Of a stretch of 64,000 nucleotides of DNA, positions 19,271 through 27,232 are shown one piece after another. The translations under genes were made by a program, and so were the position numbers. Below the pieces are notes generated by a model. It saw nothing but the letters and a program-made list of their open reading frames with translations, had not been told where the DNA came from and searched no databases. The stretch is from IMG/VR virus record IMGVR_UViG_3300017917_003822, positions 186,001-250,000 of that record. One strand, given 5' to 3'. Each line of letters starts with the position of its first letter. The stretch's first letter is position 1.

Positions 19271-19873
19271 ATGGTAAATAATTTCGACAGAATCCGAGAA
19301 CTGCTTAAATTCCCGGACAGTAATTCATTTTACTTTCTTCAGATATTAAAAAGAAGAAAGGATAATCCAGATCTTGGTAAAGATATGGTGCATATTGCCG
19401 ACTATTACATTTATAGTCTAGAGCAGTATGATGCCATGCAGAAGGACATTATCGATCTTTGTAATTCAAAGAACGCTAGAGCGTACTTTAGACTTAATTT
19501 AAGGGACGCTAATAAGGTCGCTATGCAGACTTTGAAGCGTGTGGTAGATCATATCACGTCTGGAAATTATAAGGCCGTAAAGAGCGCCTATGCGTCCTGT
19601 ACGGGTGAGTATGCATCTGATCCCGATAAGACATGGATCGTTGACATAGACTATAAAGATCTAGAAGGAGACATTGACATGAACATTAATGCAATCATTG
19701 CTCATGTACAGGCTCTAATATTTGAAACTGGGAGAGATGACACCGTTCATACCATCCCTACCAAGAATGGACTTCATGTGATATGCAGACCGTTTAATCT
19801 AAGTAAATTCCGTCAGGTTTATCCATCAATAGATGTACACAAGGATAACCCTACGATATTATATTGTCCATAA
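19271..19873 (+). CDS. putative archaeo-eukaryotic primase (AEP)-like protein
   Basis: WIVDID and TKNGLH resemble AEP motifs I and II. Confidence 0.5.
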   Translation: MVNNFDRIRELLKFPDSNSFYFLQILKRRKDNPDLGKDMVHIADYYIYSLEQYDAMQKDIIDLCNSKNARAYFRLNLRDANKVAMQTLKRVVDHITSGNYKAVKSAYASCTGEYASDPDKTWIVDIDYKDLEGDIDMNINAIIAHVQALIFETGRDDTVHTIPTKNGLHVICRPFNLSKFRQVYPSIDVHKDNPTILYCP

Positions 19874-21321
19874 TGGCTAAAACTAAAACTAAAAAACCCA
19901 TAATTAATCTTGAGACTCTTAACTCGGATCAGGCTAAAGCTTTTGACGAGTTAAGAGATTTCATCTACGACAAGTCCGACGACAGCGTTTACGTGCTAAA
20001 GGGCTGGGCAGGAACAGGTAAAACCTACTGTGTGAGTTTGCTTGTAAGATACGCACTTGAAGTCATACATCCGACACACAACTGGTATAAGATAGCAGTT
20101 ACTGGTCCAACTAATAAATCAGTAAGAGTTATCAAAAAAACCAGTGGACTAAGAAACTCTAGGGTGACTTTTCAAACAATTCATAAGCTTCTTGGACTGA
20201 CCGAGAAGATTACTAATGATGGTAAACAAGAGTTTGTCAATCAGGGAGAATTTAAACCGCAGATCAATTCAATTCGTTTACTTATTATTGATGAGGTTTC
20301 TATGCTCAATGATGATTTATTTCACGAGATTCTGAAATATCGAGAAAAGATTAAAATCATCTGCATGGGGGATCCTGCACAGATTCCACCAGTAGGAAGA
20401 CCAGATTGTATTCCATTTAGAGAAGAACTTGCTGAACATTACAGAATAAAGACTCTAGATCTTAAACAAATCATGAGGCAAAAAGAGGGTAATGCCATAA
20501 TCGATGCTTCAGTTGTGATCAGAAAGGAGCTTTATTCGAACAGACTTAGTATCGACAACGTGTCTAAAGTGAATGAGAATGGCGAGGGTATCAAGTTTTT
20601 AAATCTCAATTGTGCTGAGACGCGTAAGGGATTTTCAGAAAAACTGAGACAGTATTTTGTAACTGAGGATTTTGTAAAAGATTCCGAGTATGCTAAAGTG
20701 ATAGCATGGAGAAATAAAACGGTAGCAACTATGAACAACATCATCAGAAAAACAATCTATGGAGACGTTGCGGAGGGTACTAAAATTCTGGAAGGTGAAA
20801 AACTTATCGCCAACAACCCAGTCATCGAAGACAAGATTATTATATTGAATACCAATGATGAGTTTACTGTTGAGCGTTACACTATAGAAAAGGACACAGC
20901 AAGATTTGTTATTGATGATCATCCCGATGCGGAACCACTGTCAGTTGAATTAAACTATTATGACACGGAGGTAAGTTACCTGAATGATGCAGATGAGGTT
21001 GTTAAGGTCTGGATTAAGATACTACATGAGAGTAGTGAGGTTGAATTTCAGAAGGTTGCTAACATTCTTAAACTTCGAGCAATACAGAAGAGAGGAAAGG
21101 ATAAATCTTGGCTTCATTATTATAACTTTCTAAGAAGATTTGCTGATGTAAATTACGCTTATGCAATCACCGCACACAAATCCCAAGGAAGTACATATAA
21201 CACAACATTCGTTCTGGAGGATGATATTGATATGAATCTGGACATAGTGGAAAGAAACAGAATCAAATATACAGCCTATACAAGAGCGAGTAGAAAGCTC
21301 TATGTTCTAAAGAGATTCTAG
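19873..21321 (+). CDS. SF1B helicase, Dda/RecD-like
   Basis: GWAGTGKT, TIHKLL, IIDEVSM, GDPAQIPP, AITAHKSQGS, YTAYTRA. Confidence 0.9.
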   Translation: MAKTKTKKPIINLETLNSDQAKAFDELRDFIYDKSDDSVYVLKGWAGTGKTYCVSLLVRYALEVIHPTHNWYKIAVTGPTNKSVRVIKKTSGLRNSRVTFQTIHKLLGLTEKITNDGKQEFVNQGEFKPQINSIRLLIIDEVSMLNDDLFHEILKYREKIKIICMGDPAQIPPVGRPDCIPFREELAEHYRIKTLDLKQIMRQKEGNAIIDASVVIRKELYSNRLSIDNVSKVNENGEGIKFLNLNCAETRKGFSEKLRQYFVTEDFVKDSEYAKVIAWRNKTVATMNNIIRKTIYGDVAEGTKILEGEKLIANNPVIEDKIIILNTNDEFTVERYTIEKDTARFVIDDHPDAEPLSVELNYYDTEVSYLNDADEVVKVWIKILHESSEVEFQKVANILKLRAIQKRGKDKSWLHYYNFLRRFADVNYAYAITAHKSQGSTYNTTFVLEDDIDMNLDIVERNRIKYTAYTRASRKLYVLKRF

Positions 21322-21324
21322 TTA

Positions 21325-21356
21325 TTTTTTTTATCCGGGATTATTTGATAGATTTG
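21325..21356 (+). promoter_or_regulatory. T-tract/CG-N11/TAnnTTTG promoter
   Basis: CG 21336-37, TAGATTTG 21349-56. Confidence 0.7.
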
Positions 21357-21378
21357 TAATGTTTAAAAAAATAACAAG

Positions 21379-21627
21379 ATGGCATCAAATCATTATGACG
21401 TGAATCACGAGGTTGAAATAAAAATTAAGGTTAAAATTAAGGCCCTTCATAATTATCGTGATCTTGACGAGGAAGGAAAGAAGAAAGCTATAGATTCAGT
21501 TGTTGACGATCTACCATCCATAGTGGTGCACAGTCTGAATAATCATAATAGATTTGTCAGTTATGGAGATCATCTGGGGTACAAAGATTCTGCAGATAGC
21601 TACACATTGGAAGCTGAAGAAATATAA
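21379..21627 (+). CDS. hypothetical protein
   Basis: ORF after promoter. Confidence 0.7.
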   Translation: MASNHYDVNHEVEIKIKVKIKALHNYRDLDEEGKKKAIDSVVDDLPSIVVHSLNNHNRFVSYGDHLGYKDSADSYTLEAEEI

Positions 21628-21640
21628 AAAAAAATAAACT

Positions 21641-22099
21641 ATGTTATCGGATTTATCAAGAGGAGAAGAAAATGTATTAAAAAGCATCAGAAACTCCGAA
21701 AAGTATCAGGAAAAAAAATTCTCGGACAACTATTTTAAGTTGTCAGGAGAAATGGGAAGGGTTGTGGAGGCTGCCAAAATATACATCCTGGACAACTTCC
21801 GAAAGGTTGATGACTATTCGGATCTTTCCATGATGCTCAGATGTGCAAACCATAAGGGAACCATTTATATTGGTAAGAAGGAGAATAAAAAAAGAAGTAA
21901 ATCCAACATCATCGATAAGATGTTGTCTGAATTGAATGAGATAACGATCGAGGTTTCGTCTTTTGATGATGCAGTTTACGATTGGAGCGACGGAGATTTT
22001 TCAATCGTTTTAAATGGGGTTGGATACAATTGGATAGATCCACTTTCCATCATCAACATAGCGGACCACATAGAAAGCAAACTAGATGAAAACAATTAG
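21641..22099 (+). CDS. hypothetical protein
   Basis: Operon context. Confidence 0.7.
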   Translation: MLSDLSRGEENVLKSIRNSEKYQEKKFSDNYFKLSGEMGRVVEAAKIYILDNFRKVDDYSDLSMMLRCANHKGTIYIGKKENKKRSKSNIIDKMLSELNEITIEVSSFDDAVYDWSDGDFSIVLNGVGYNWIDPLSIINIADHIESKLDENN

Positions 22100-22427
22100 A
22101 TTCTATCGAAAAGATACCAGATGGTATGCTCATTTACCCGAGTACATTGATCAGGGCGGAACTGAGGAGGAATGTGAGATGGTCTCTGGTGCCGACGATT
22201 GGTTGGATCGCATTTCAAATTACTCAGATTCTGTGGTTCTGAATTTATCGGACAAGGACCCTCTATCAGAAAAAATAGTTCTCTACGAGAAGGATGAATT
22301 TGGTGCAACATATGTGGCACATAGCTATAAAGAGGAGGATATCAACCAGATCATGTGGCTTTGTCCGGTGACTGTTTATGTTTTTGGTTGCTATCCTGAA
22401 GTTATTTATTACAGTATTAAAAGATGA
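22086..22427 (+). CDS. hypothetical protein (WY.HLPEY...MVSGAD..LD family)
   Basis: Overlapping operon gene. Confidence 0.7.
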   Translation: MKTIRFYRKDTRWYAHLPEYIDQGGTEEECEMVSGADDWLDRISNYSDSVVLNLSDKDPLSEKIVLYEKDEFGATYVAHSYKEEDINQIMWLCPVTVYVFGCYPEVIYYSIKR

Positions 22428-22672
22428 GAATAAAAGCAATTTACAGAAAAAACCTGAAAATGAGCGAGGGGAAGCTCGCCGCACAGATAGCCCACGCAGT
22501 TAAGAACCTAGGAGAAACCCCGAGGGATTGCGATATAGTCGTTCTAAAGGTTTCAGATAAAAAGTTTGACGAGATGGTTTCGGAGCATGATTGTTACGTT
22601 CAGATAGACAAGGGTCTAACTGAGGTAGAATCAGGAACTAGAACAGCGGCAGCCTGGATAGAAATAAAATAA
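22424..22672 (+). CDS. peptidyl-tRNA hydrolase type 2 (Pth2)-like, short
   Basis: RKNLKMSEGKLAAQIAHA, IVVLKV, DKGLTEV..GT.T. Confidence 0.8.
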   Translation: MRIKAIYRKNLKMSEGKLAAQIAHAVKNLGETPRDCDIVVLKVSDKKFDEMVSEHDCYVQIDKGLTEVESGTRTAAAWIEIK

Positions 22673-22684
22673 CCAACAAGAGAA

Positions 22685-22993
22685 ATGAGCATATTGTCAA
22701 AGATTTTTGGGACGAAAAAAGAGGCCGAAGGTGAAATTAAAATCGAGATACCAGAGGAGGTAATCTTCAAGAAAAAAGAAGTTTCCGAATGGGTAGAATT
22801 CAAGAAACAAAAACCTCCCCACGAAGTTGTTTTAGCTGCCTGTGATACGTATGATTGCGGATGGGTGATGGATACCGCTTGGTGGGATGTTAATAAAAAA
22901 TGTTGGAGAACCACGGGAGCGATTAAATCAAAAAGAGCACATTTAGAATACACCCATTGGAGAAGACTTCCAGTTTCACCAGATGGAAATTAA
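22685..22993 (+). CDS. hypothetical protein (DUF551-like THW motif)
   Basis: W....KPP..VVL...THWRRLP. Confidence 0.6.
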   Translation: MSILSKIFGTKKEAEGEIKIEIPEEVIFKKKEVSEWVEFKKQKPPHEVVLAACDTYDCGWVMDTAWWDVNKKCWRTTGAIKSKRAHLEYTHWRRLPVSPDGN

Positions 22994-23017
22994 TAACATA
23001 ATAAAGGAGACAAGATC

Positions 23018-23317
23018 ATGGATTTATCAACTTACAAATTTCCGGAAGTAACCGGTGCAGACCTAGCATTTCCGACATTCGACACAACAAAGGAGCTAGT
23101 AGATGAAGCAAAAAGAAGGAACCCTGTGAAGGGTATGAAAAAGTTTTCCGAACTATTCTACAGCGGAGGAGAAATAAAACTAAAGGAAGACGTAAAGGGC
23201 ACATGGAAAGAAAACGCCTATCTTTATGCAAGAGCACTGATGGGGAGCTGGGCACCTAAACACGAGAACAAGGAGTTGGTTGTAGGCATGATTTTCGAAG
23301 AATGTCTAGTTCTTTAG
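23018..23317 (+). CDS. hypothetical protein (SW.PKHE.K family)
   Basis: 99 aa ORF. Confidence 0.7.
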   Translation: MDLSTYKFPEVTGADLAFPTFDTTKELVDEAKRRNPVKGMKKFSELFYSGGEIKLKEDVKGTWKENAYLYARALMGSWAPKHENKELVVGMIFEECLVL

Positions 23318-23321
23318 TGGT

Positions 23322-24110
23322 ATGAGCGAGAGTAAATCTCTATTTAAGGCCTTTATCAGGGTGGTAAAATCCATCTCGGAAAGGGATAATTATTTCCTTG
23401 GTGGATTTGGTGCGGTTGAGGTTGTGAGAGAACCTCTAATAGAGGCCAAAGACAAATCTGAGGTTAAGAAGATATTACTGGAGAGATATCCCCAATTTTT
23501 TACCAACGGTAAAGTCCACGAAAGAGAAACTAAGGATAATGCTCAATTTTTCTATGTTGTAATATACCCTCTATACGAATGGGAGAAAAAACAAATCGAA
23601 GAGGGAGAATGGATATGTGAAAGTTGTGGACATATTCATGAAAATCAATATCTGTCAAAACCAAGAATTAACGAGAGGTTATTTGGAACAGATAAGCTCT
23701 TCTGTAGGAGTGACGAGGATCTTTGTCTGGAGAATTACAAGAAGGAATATTATAAGGATGTAGATCTTCCAGATGATCTAGCATACATCAAAAAAGATAG
23801 TCCAAATTACATCTATAAATGTACGGAGAAAGCAACAGGTAAAAGCTACATAGGTAAAACTAGAAATGCTCCATTCTTTAGATGGTGGAATCACCTAACG
23901 CACTCAAGCAGTCCCTTTGGAATTTATCTAAGACAAACCAAATTGAGTGATTGGACTTTCGAAGTTCTTGAGGAGCTGCCAGGAAATATTGATGAGAGCG
24001 AAGTTTTTAGAATAGAATCTGAGTACATAATGAAATACGATAGCATTCAGAATGGCTATAATACGGTAATTAGTAATAAGAAGGTTCTGGCTGATAACAA
24101 CGATAACTAA
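23322..24110 (+). CDS. GIY-YIG nuclease domain protein with Zn-binding region
   Basis: YIYKC......SYIGKT...RWWNH, E...I..Y.....GYN; CESCG. Confidence 0.7.
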   Translation: MSESKSLFKAFIRVVKSISERDNYFLGGFGAVEVVREPLIEAKDKSEVKKILLERYPQFFTNGKVHERETKDNAQFFYVVIYPLYEWEKKQIEEGEWICESCGHIHENQYLSKPRINERLFGTDKLFCRSDEDLCLENYKKEYYKDVDLPDDLAYIKKDSPNYIYKCTEKATGKSYIGKTRNAPFFRWWNHLTHSSSPFGIYLRQTKLSDWTFEVLEELPGNIDESEVFRIESEYIMKYDSIQNGYNTVISNKKVLADNNDN

Positions 24111-24161
24111 CTTTTTGTAGCTTGTTTCAGTTGCAAATTATTAGCTAAACATGTAAAAATT

Positions 24162-24353
24162 ATGGATAAGTGGAATTACGATAAAAGAGTTAGAGAATTA
24201 TCTCAAAAAATTGAACAGTATAAAATACACGCTAAACGTGAAATTGAAAACAATAAAGTTTGTCATCCAAGCAAAGTGAGAAATAATTCTCAACGATATT
24301 TGGAAATCTGTAAACAAAGGTATAAGGATTTTACAGGTGAGGACTATGAATAA
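24162..24353 (+). CDS. cassette gene 1, hypothetical
   Basis: 63 aa; followed by TTGCTTATAAC core. Confidence 0.65.
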   Translation: MDKWNYDKRVRELSQKIEQYKIHAKREIENNKVCHPSKVRNNSQRYLEICKQRYKDFTGEDYE

Positions 24354-24363
24354 TTTTTATTGC

Positions 24364-24418
24364 TTATAACGTTCCCACGCTTGGCGAAGTGGCGGATGTA
24401 AAGCACTAAATTTTTAAT
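24364..24418 (+). repeat. attC-like half-site A (right arm missing)
   Basis: TTATAAC-GTTCCCACGCTTGGCGAAGTGGCGG...CACTAAATTT; no complementary arm follows. Confidence 0.6.
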
Positions 24419-24428
24419 TAAACAAATT

Positions 24429-24647
24429 ATGAAAAAGAACAAAACTCGAAATATAGACAAACAACTTCAAAAATTGTTATATGAACAATATGGTGAAGAA
24501 TACACTCAATGGTATATGAAAACTTTTGATGTTAAATTATATTTTGATGGAGCGGAAACATCAGATAGAGGTTATTTAACAGATAGAGAGTTTGACGAAT
24601 GGAAAGAAGAAAAATGGAAACAATTTTTGTCCAAGTATGGTTATTAA
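24429..24647 (+). CDS. cassette gene 2, hypothetical
   Basis: 72 aa; followed by ATATAAC core. Confidence 0.65.
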   Translation: MKKNKTRNIDKQLQKLLYEQYGEEYTQWYMKTFDVKLYFDGAETSDRGYLTDREFDEWKEEKWKQFLSKYGY

Positions 24648-24658
24648 AAATTTATTAT

Positions 24659-24791
24659 ATATAACGTTTTCCGTGTATAATAAGTGGCGTACACGATAAA
24701 CCAAGCCACTAAATTTAAAAATTAACTTTAAAATACAAAACAAATGAAAAATTTAAAACTTAGAAGCCATTTTTTATACACGTTGTTATGT
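24659..24791 (+). repeat. attC-like site B
   Basis: TAAC(24662)-GTTTTC-CGTGTATAATAAGTGGC pairs with GCCATTTTTTATACACG-TT-GTTA(24785-88). Confidence 0.8.
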
Positions 24792-25028
24792 GTAGTTTTT
24801 TTAACATCTTGTAATTGTGATAAACAAAAAAAAGAAATTATTATTGAAGAAAATAATCATCAAGAAGATTATTACATTTACAATGATACATTACAAAATA
24901 ATGCAATTCAAGAAAAAAATAATAGTAGCGGTGTAGGTATCACAACAAGTAGTAAATTAGGTGTAGAAGTAACAGAAGGTGTTTATATTAATTCAAGCGG
25001 TGAGTTAGAATTAGGATTTGGTTTGTAA
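24744..25028 (+). CDS. cassette gene 3, putative lipoprotein
   Basis: MKNLKLRSHFLYTLLCVVFLTSC lipobox; start lies inside site B. Confidence 0.7.
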   Translation: MKNLKLRSHFLYTLLCVVFLTSCNCDKQKKEIIIEENNHQEDYYIYNDTLQNNAIQEKNNSSGVGITTSSKLGVEVTEGVYINSSGELELGFGL

Positions 25029-25034
25029 AATTAC

Positions 25035-25157
25035 ACATAACGGTTTGCGTATTGGCGTTGTTGCCAATACTGATGTTAAATTGAAAAACTAAATTTGAAA
25101 TATATGGAAAATGACAATATGAAACAAGAAGGCAATAACGCTAATACGCTGTTATCG
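25035..25157 (+). repeat. attC-like site C
   Basis: TAAC(25038)-GGTTT-GCGTATTGGCGTTGTTGCC pairs with GGCAATAACGCTAATACGC-T-GTTA(25151-54). Confidence 0.8.
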
Positions 25158-25352
25158 GCAGTTGTTGTTCATCCACATCCGATAATTGAAATGCAAATAA
25201 AGAACTTTAAAAAAGATGAAGTTGGCTACATCGCTGAATGTATTTTATACAACAAAGAATTTAAAGAAGTAGAAAGCTCATTCTTTATTGACGAATATAG
25301 AGCCAACGAAATCATTGATTTAATGCAGACGTTTTTGAACAATTGCCGATAA
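25104..25352 (+). CDS. cassette gene 4, hypothetical
   Basis: ATG 25104 or 25119 inside site C; stop codon is the TAA of the terminal core AACAATTGCCGATAA. Confidence 0.65.
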   Translation: MENDNMKQEGNNANTLLSAVVVHPHPIIEMQIKNFKKDEVGYIAECILYNKEFKEVESSFFIDEYRANEIIDLMQTFLNNCR

Positions 25353-25536
25353 AAAATATATTGATAATACTTCATCTATACACACTTTAAGACATTCATC
25401 ATTTACAAATTTACTAGAATCTGGAACAGATTTAAGGATAATTCAAAAAATTGCGGGACATTCAAGTTCCAAAACAACAGAAATCTACACCCATGTTTCG
25501 AATAATATCCTAAATAAAGTAAAACTTCCGATTTAA
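25351..25536 (+). pseudogene. C-terminal fragment of a tyrosine recombinase (XerC/D-integrase family); not in ORF track
   Basis: [61 protein letters not shown]; HxLRH, GH and catalytic Tyr present; in-frame TGA at 25336 and no start codon. Confidence 0.9.
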
Positions 25537-25568
25537 TTTTTTTATGTCGAGATAATTAATTACTTTTG
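25537..25568 (+). promoter_or_regulatory. T-tract/CG-N11/TAnnTTTG promoter
   Basis: CG 25548-49, TACTTTTG 25561-68. Confidence 0.7.
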
Positions 25569-25600
25569 TTTTCTTAATAATCCACTATAAATCATAAAAA

Positions 25601-26170
25601 ATGGGACTAGATATCACGGTTTATAAACCAATTAAAGTAAAGGAGGAGGATTTTCAAAAGATTGAGGATTTTTTAAACATCGAAGACCACCCGGAACTTT
25701 CAGTGTTTTCTGATTTTATATTCGAGAAAGAAAACGAATACTATGATCTTGAAAACGAAGCCAGAGATCTGGGTTACAATCTTGAGGATTTAATCTGGAC
25801 CGGAACATCTTTTGGACCGGAATCTGCTTACACTTTCAAAGATAGTGATGGAAATGATGTTAAAATTATCATCACAAAAACAATCAAGAAAATTGATAAG
25901 TGTATTGCCATCGAGGAGGTTGGGTATCAGAGAAAAGGTGCGAATAAAAAATTCTATGAAGATAAGATATGGGACAGTCCATGTGTTATAGATCAGAAGA
26001 CACTAAACAATCACTGGGAGACTTACTTTTCAAACCAAACCCCCGAGAGCAAAGGTGGATGGGGAAGCGGGGTTGAATATGAACAGGATGATGAGACCAT
26101 GAGAAAAAACTTTAAGAAAAATATCATAGATAAATTCATCGAGGGGGAAACTTTTGTCATATATCATTAG
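25601..26170 (+). CDS. hypothetical protein (MGLD family)
   Basis: MGLDITVY...EVGYQRK. Confidence 0.75.
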   Translation: MGLDITVYKPIKVKEEDFQKIEDFLNIEDHPELSVFSDFIFEKENEYYDLENEARDLGYNLEDLIWTGTSFGPESAYTFKDSDGNDVKIIITKTIKKIDKCIAIEEVGYQRKGANKKFYEDKIWDSPCVIDQKTLNNHWETYFSNQTPESKGGWGSGVEYEQDDETMRKNFKKNIIDKFIEGETFVIYH

Positions 26171-26179
26171 GAGAGCTTT

Positions 26180-26404
26180 ATGAAAAATGAAACTATTATA
26201 AAAAAGGTTTTTAAGGAATTTGGTGAGAACTTTAATGACTTAACAGGTAGTCAATTATTAGCTATTGATGAGTGTATGTTATTAGCAAGACAAGACAAAG
26301 CCAATAGAGTAATTAAAGAAATTGAAAATCGCACTAATAAAGTGGGTTGTTTTTGGGCTGATGAGGAAAGAACGAAAAAAATAATCCATGGATACGGGAA
26401 TTAA
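26180..26404 (+). CDS. hypothetical protein
   Basis: Operon context. Confidence 0.65.
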   Translation: MKNETIIKKVFKEFGENFNDLTGSQLLAIDECMLLARQDKANRVIKEIENRTNKVGCFWADEERTKKIIHGYGN

Positions 26405-26412
26405 GTAATATT

Positions 26413-26682
26413 ATGAGAGTTGGAGATTTATATGAAATGGGATTCTTTCATAGAGATGGCAATTATGCAACATCCAAATGGATAGTTAAAGATGATGGAT
26501 GGGGTGAAAATAGTTCAGCAACCATACAATATAGACCAGGAAATGGGATCGTTTTGAATAGCGGAGACGATGTAGATTTTAGCAGATTTTCCCTCTGTAT
26601 TTATGGTAATTCATCATGTCCCAGTATACCAGTAAAAATAAGATCCAAGGAGGACCTGATTCAGCTGGAGAGATTCTTCTAA
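26413..26682 (+). CDS. hypothetical protein
   Basis: Operon context. Confidence 0.65.
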   Translation: MRVGDLYEMGFFHRDGNYATSKWIVKDDGWGENSSATIQYRPGNGIVLNSGDDVDFSRFSLCIYGNSSCPSIPVKIRSKEDLIQLERFF

Positions 26683-26694
26683 AAAAAATATGCT

Positions 26695-27159
26695 ATGGAA
26701 AGAAAAACATCAAAAGAATGGTATGATTTAATACCGGATGAATATGGATTAAAAATACTAGATCCAGATGGATGGGATAGAGAAAATTTCCAGATTTCTT
26801 TTTATGAGGAACTGATAACAAGGGAGGAGTTCAAAAATAGAATATCACTTTCCACGATTCAATGTAAAAAAATTAATTTCCTCGATGATGTCACATATAA
26901 GGGGAGTTCTCTAAATGGGCACACCATAGAAGACATTAAGGCAGAAATTTCAAAGTCCACAGGTTACGATCCTTCAAATATTAGATTATTTGGTTCAAGA
27001 ATAACGGGTGGTTGGAACGATCATTCGGATCTTGATGTCGCTATAATGGACGAAAATAAAGTTCATTTGTGTTTATCCAGTGTAAACTATCTTGGATTAA
27101 ACTGTGAGATCCGATTTGTTGAAGATTTTGAGGTCTCCTGGTTAAAGGATTCAGTTTAA
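26695..27159 (+). CDS. DPDGWDR domain fused to a minimal nucleotidyltransferase
   Basis: IRLFGSR..G....SDLDVA Pol-beta superfamily motif. Confidence 0.6.
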   Translation: MERKTSKEWYDLIPDEYGLKILDPDGWDRENFQISFYEELITREEFKNRISLSTIQCKKINFLDDVTYKGSSLNGHTIEDIKAEISKSTGYDPSNIRLFGSRITGGWNDHSDLDVAIMDENKVHLCLSSVNYLGLNCEIRFVEDFEVSWLKDSV

Positions 27160-27182
27160 TTAACAATAAACCACAAATTTAA

Positions 27183-27214
27183 TTTTTTTATCCCGAAATA
27201 ATTTACTATGTTTG
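27183..27214 (+). promoter_or_regulatory. T-tract/CG-N11/TAnnTTTG promoter
   Basis: CG 27194-95, TATGTTTG 27207-14. Confidence 0.7.
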
Positions 27215-27232
27215 CGTCTATAATCCTTAGAG

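Larger units (their letters stand above)
24091..25536 (+). mobile_element. integron-like gene cassette array with truncated tyrosine recombinase
   Basis: attC-like TAAC...GTTA hairpins between small genes, complementary cassette ends, integrase 3' remnant, visibly more AT-rich than flanks. Confidence 0.75.

Noticed and set aside
24091-25352. CRISPR array interpretation of the repeated elements
   Set aside because: The units are long imperfect inverted repeats of differing sequence separated by whole genes, not identical direct repeats with 30-40 nt spacers.
25351-25536. Evidence that the phage is temperate, or that the integrase is expressed by frameshift from gene 4
   Set aside because: Only the last 61 codons remain; an A6 run exists at the junction, but a fusion would lack the catalytic Arg/Lys region and could not be an active recombinase.
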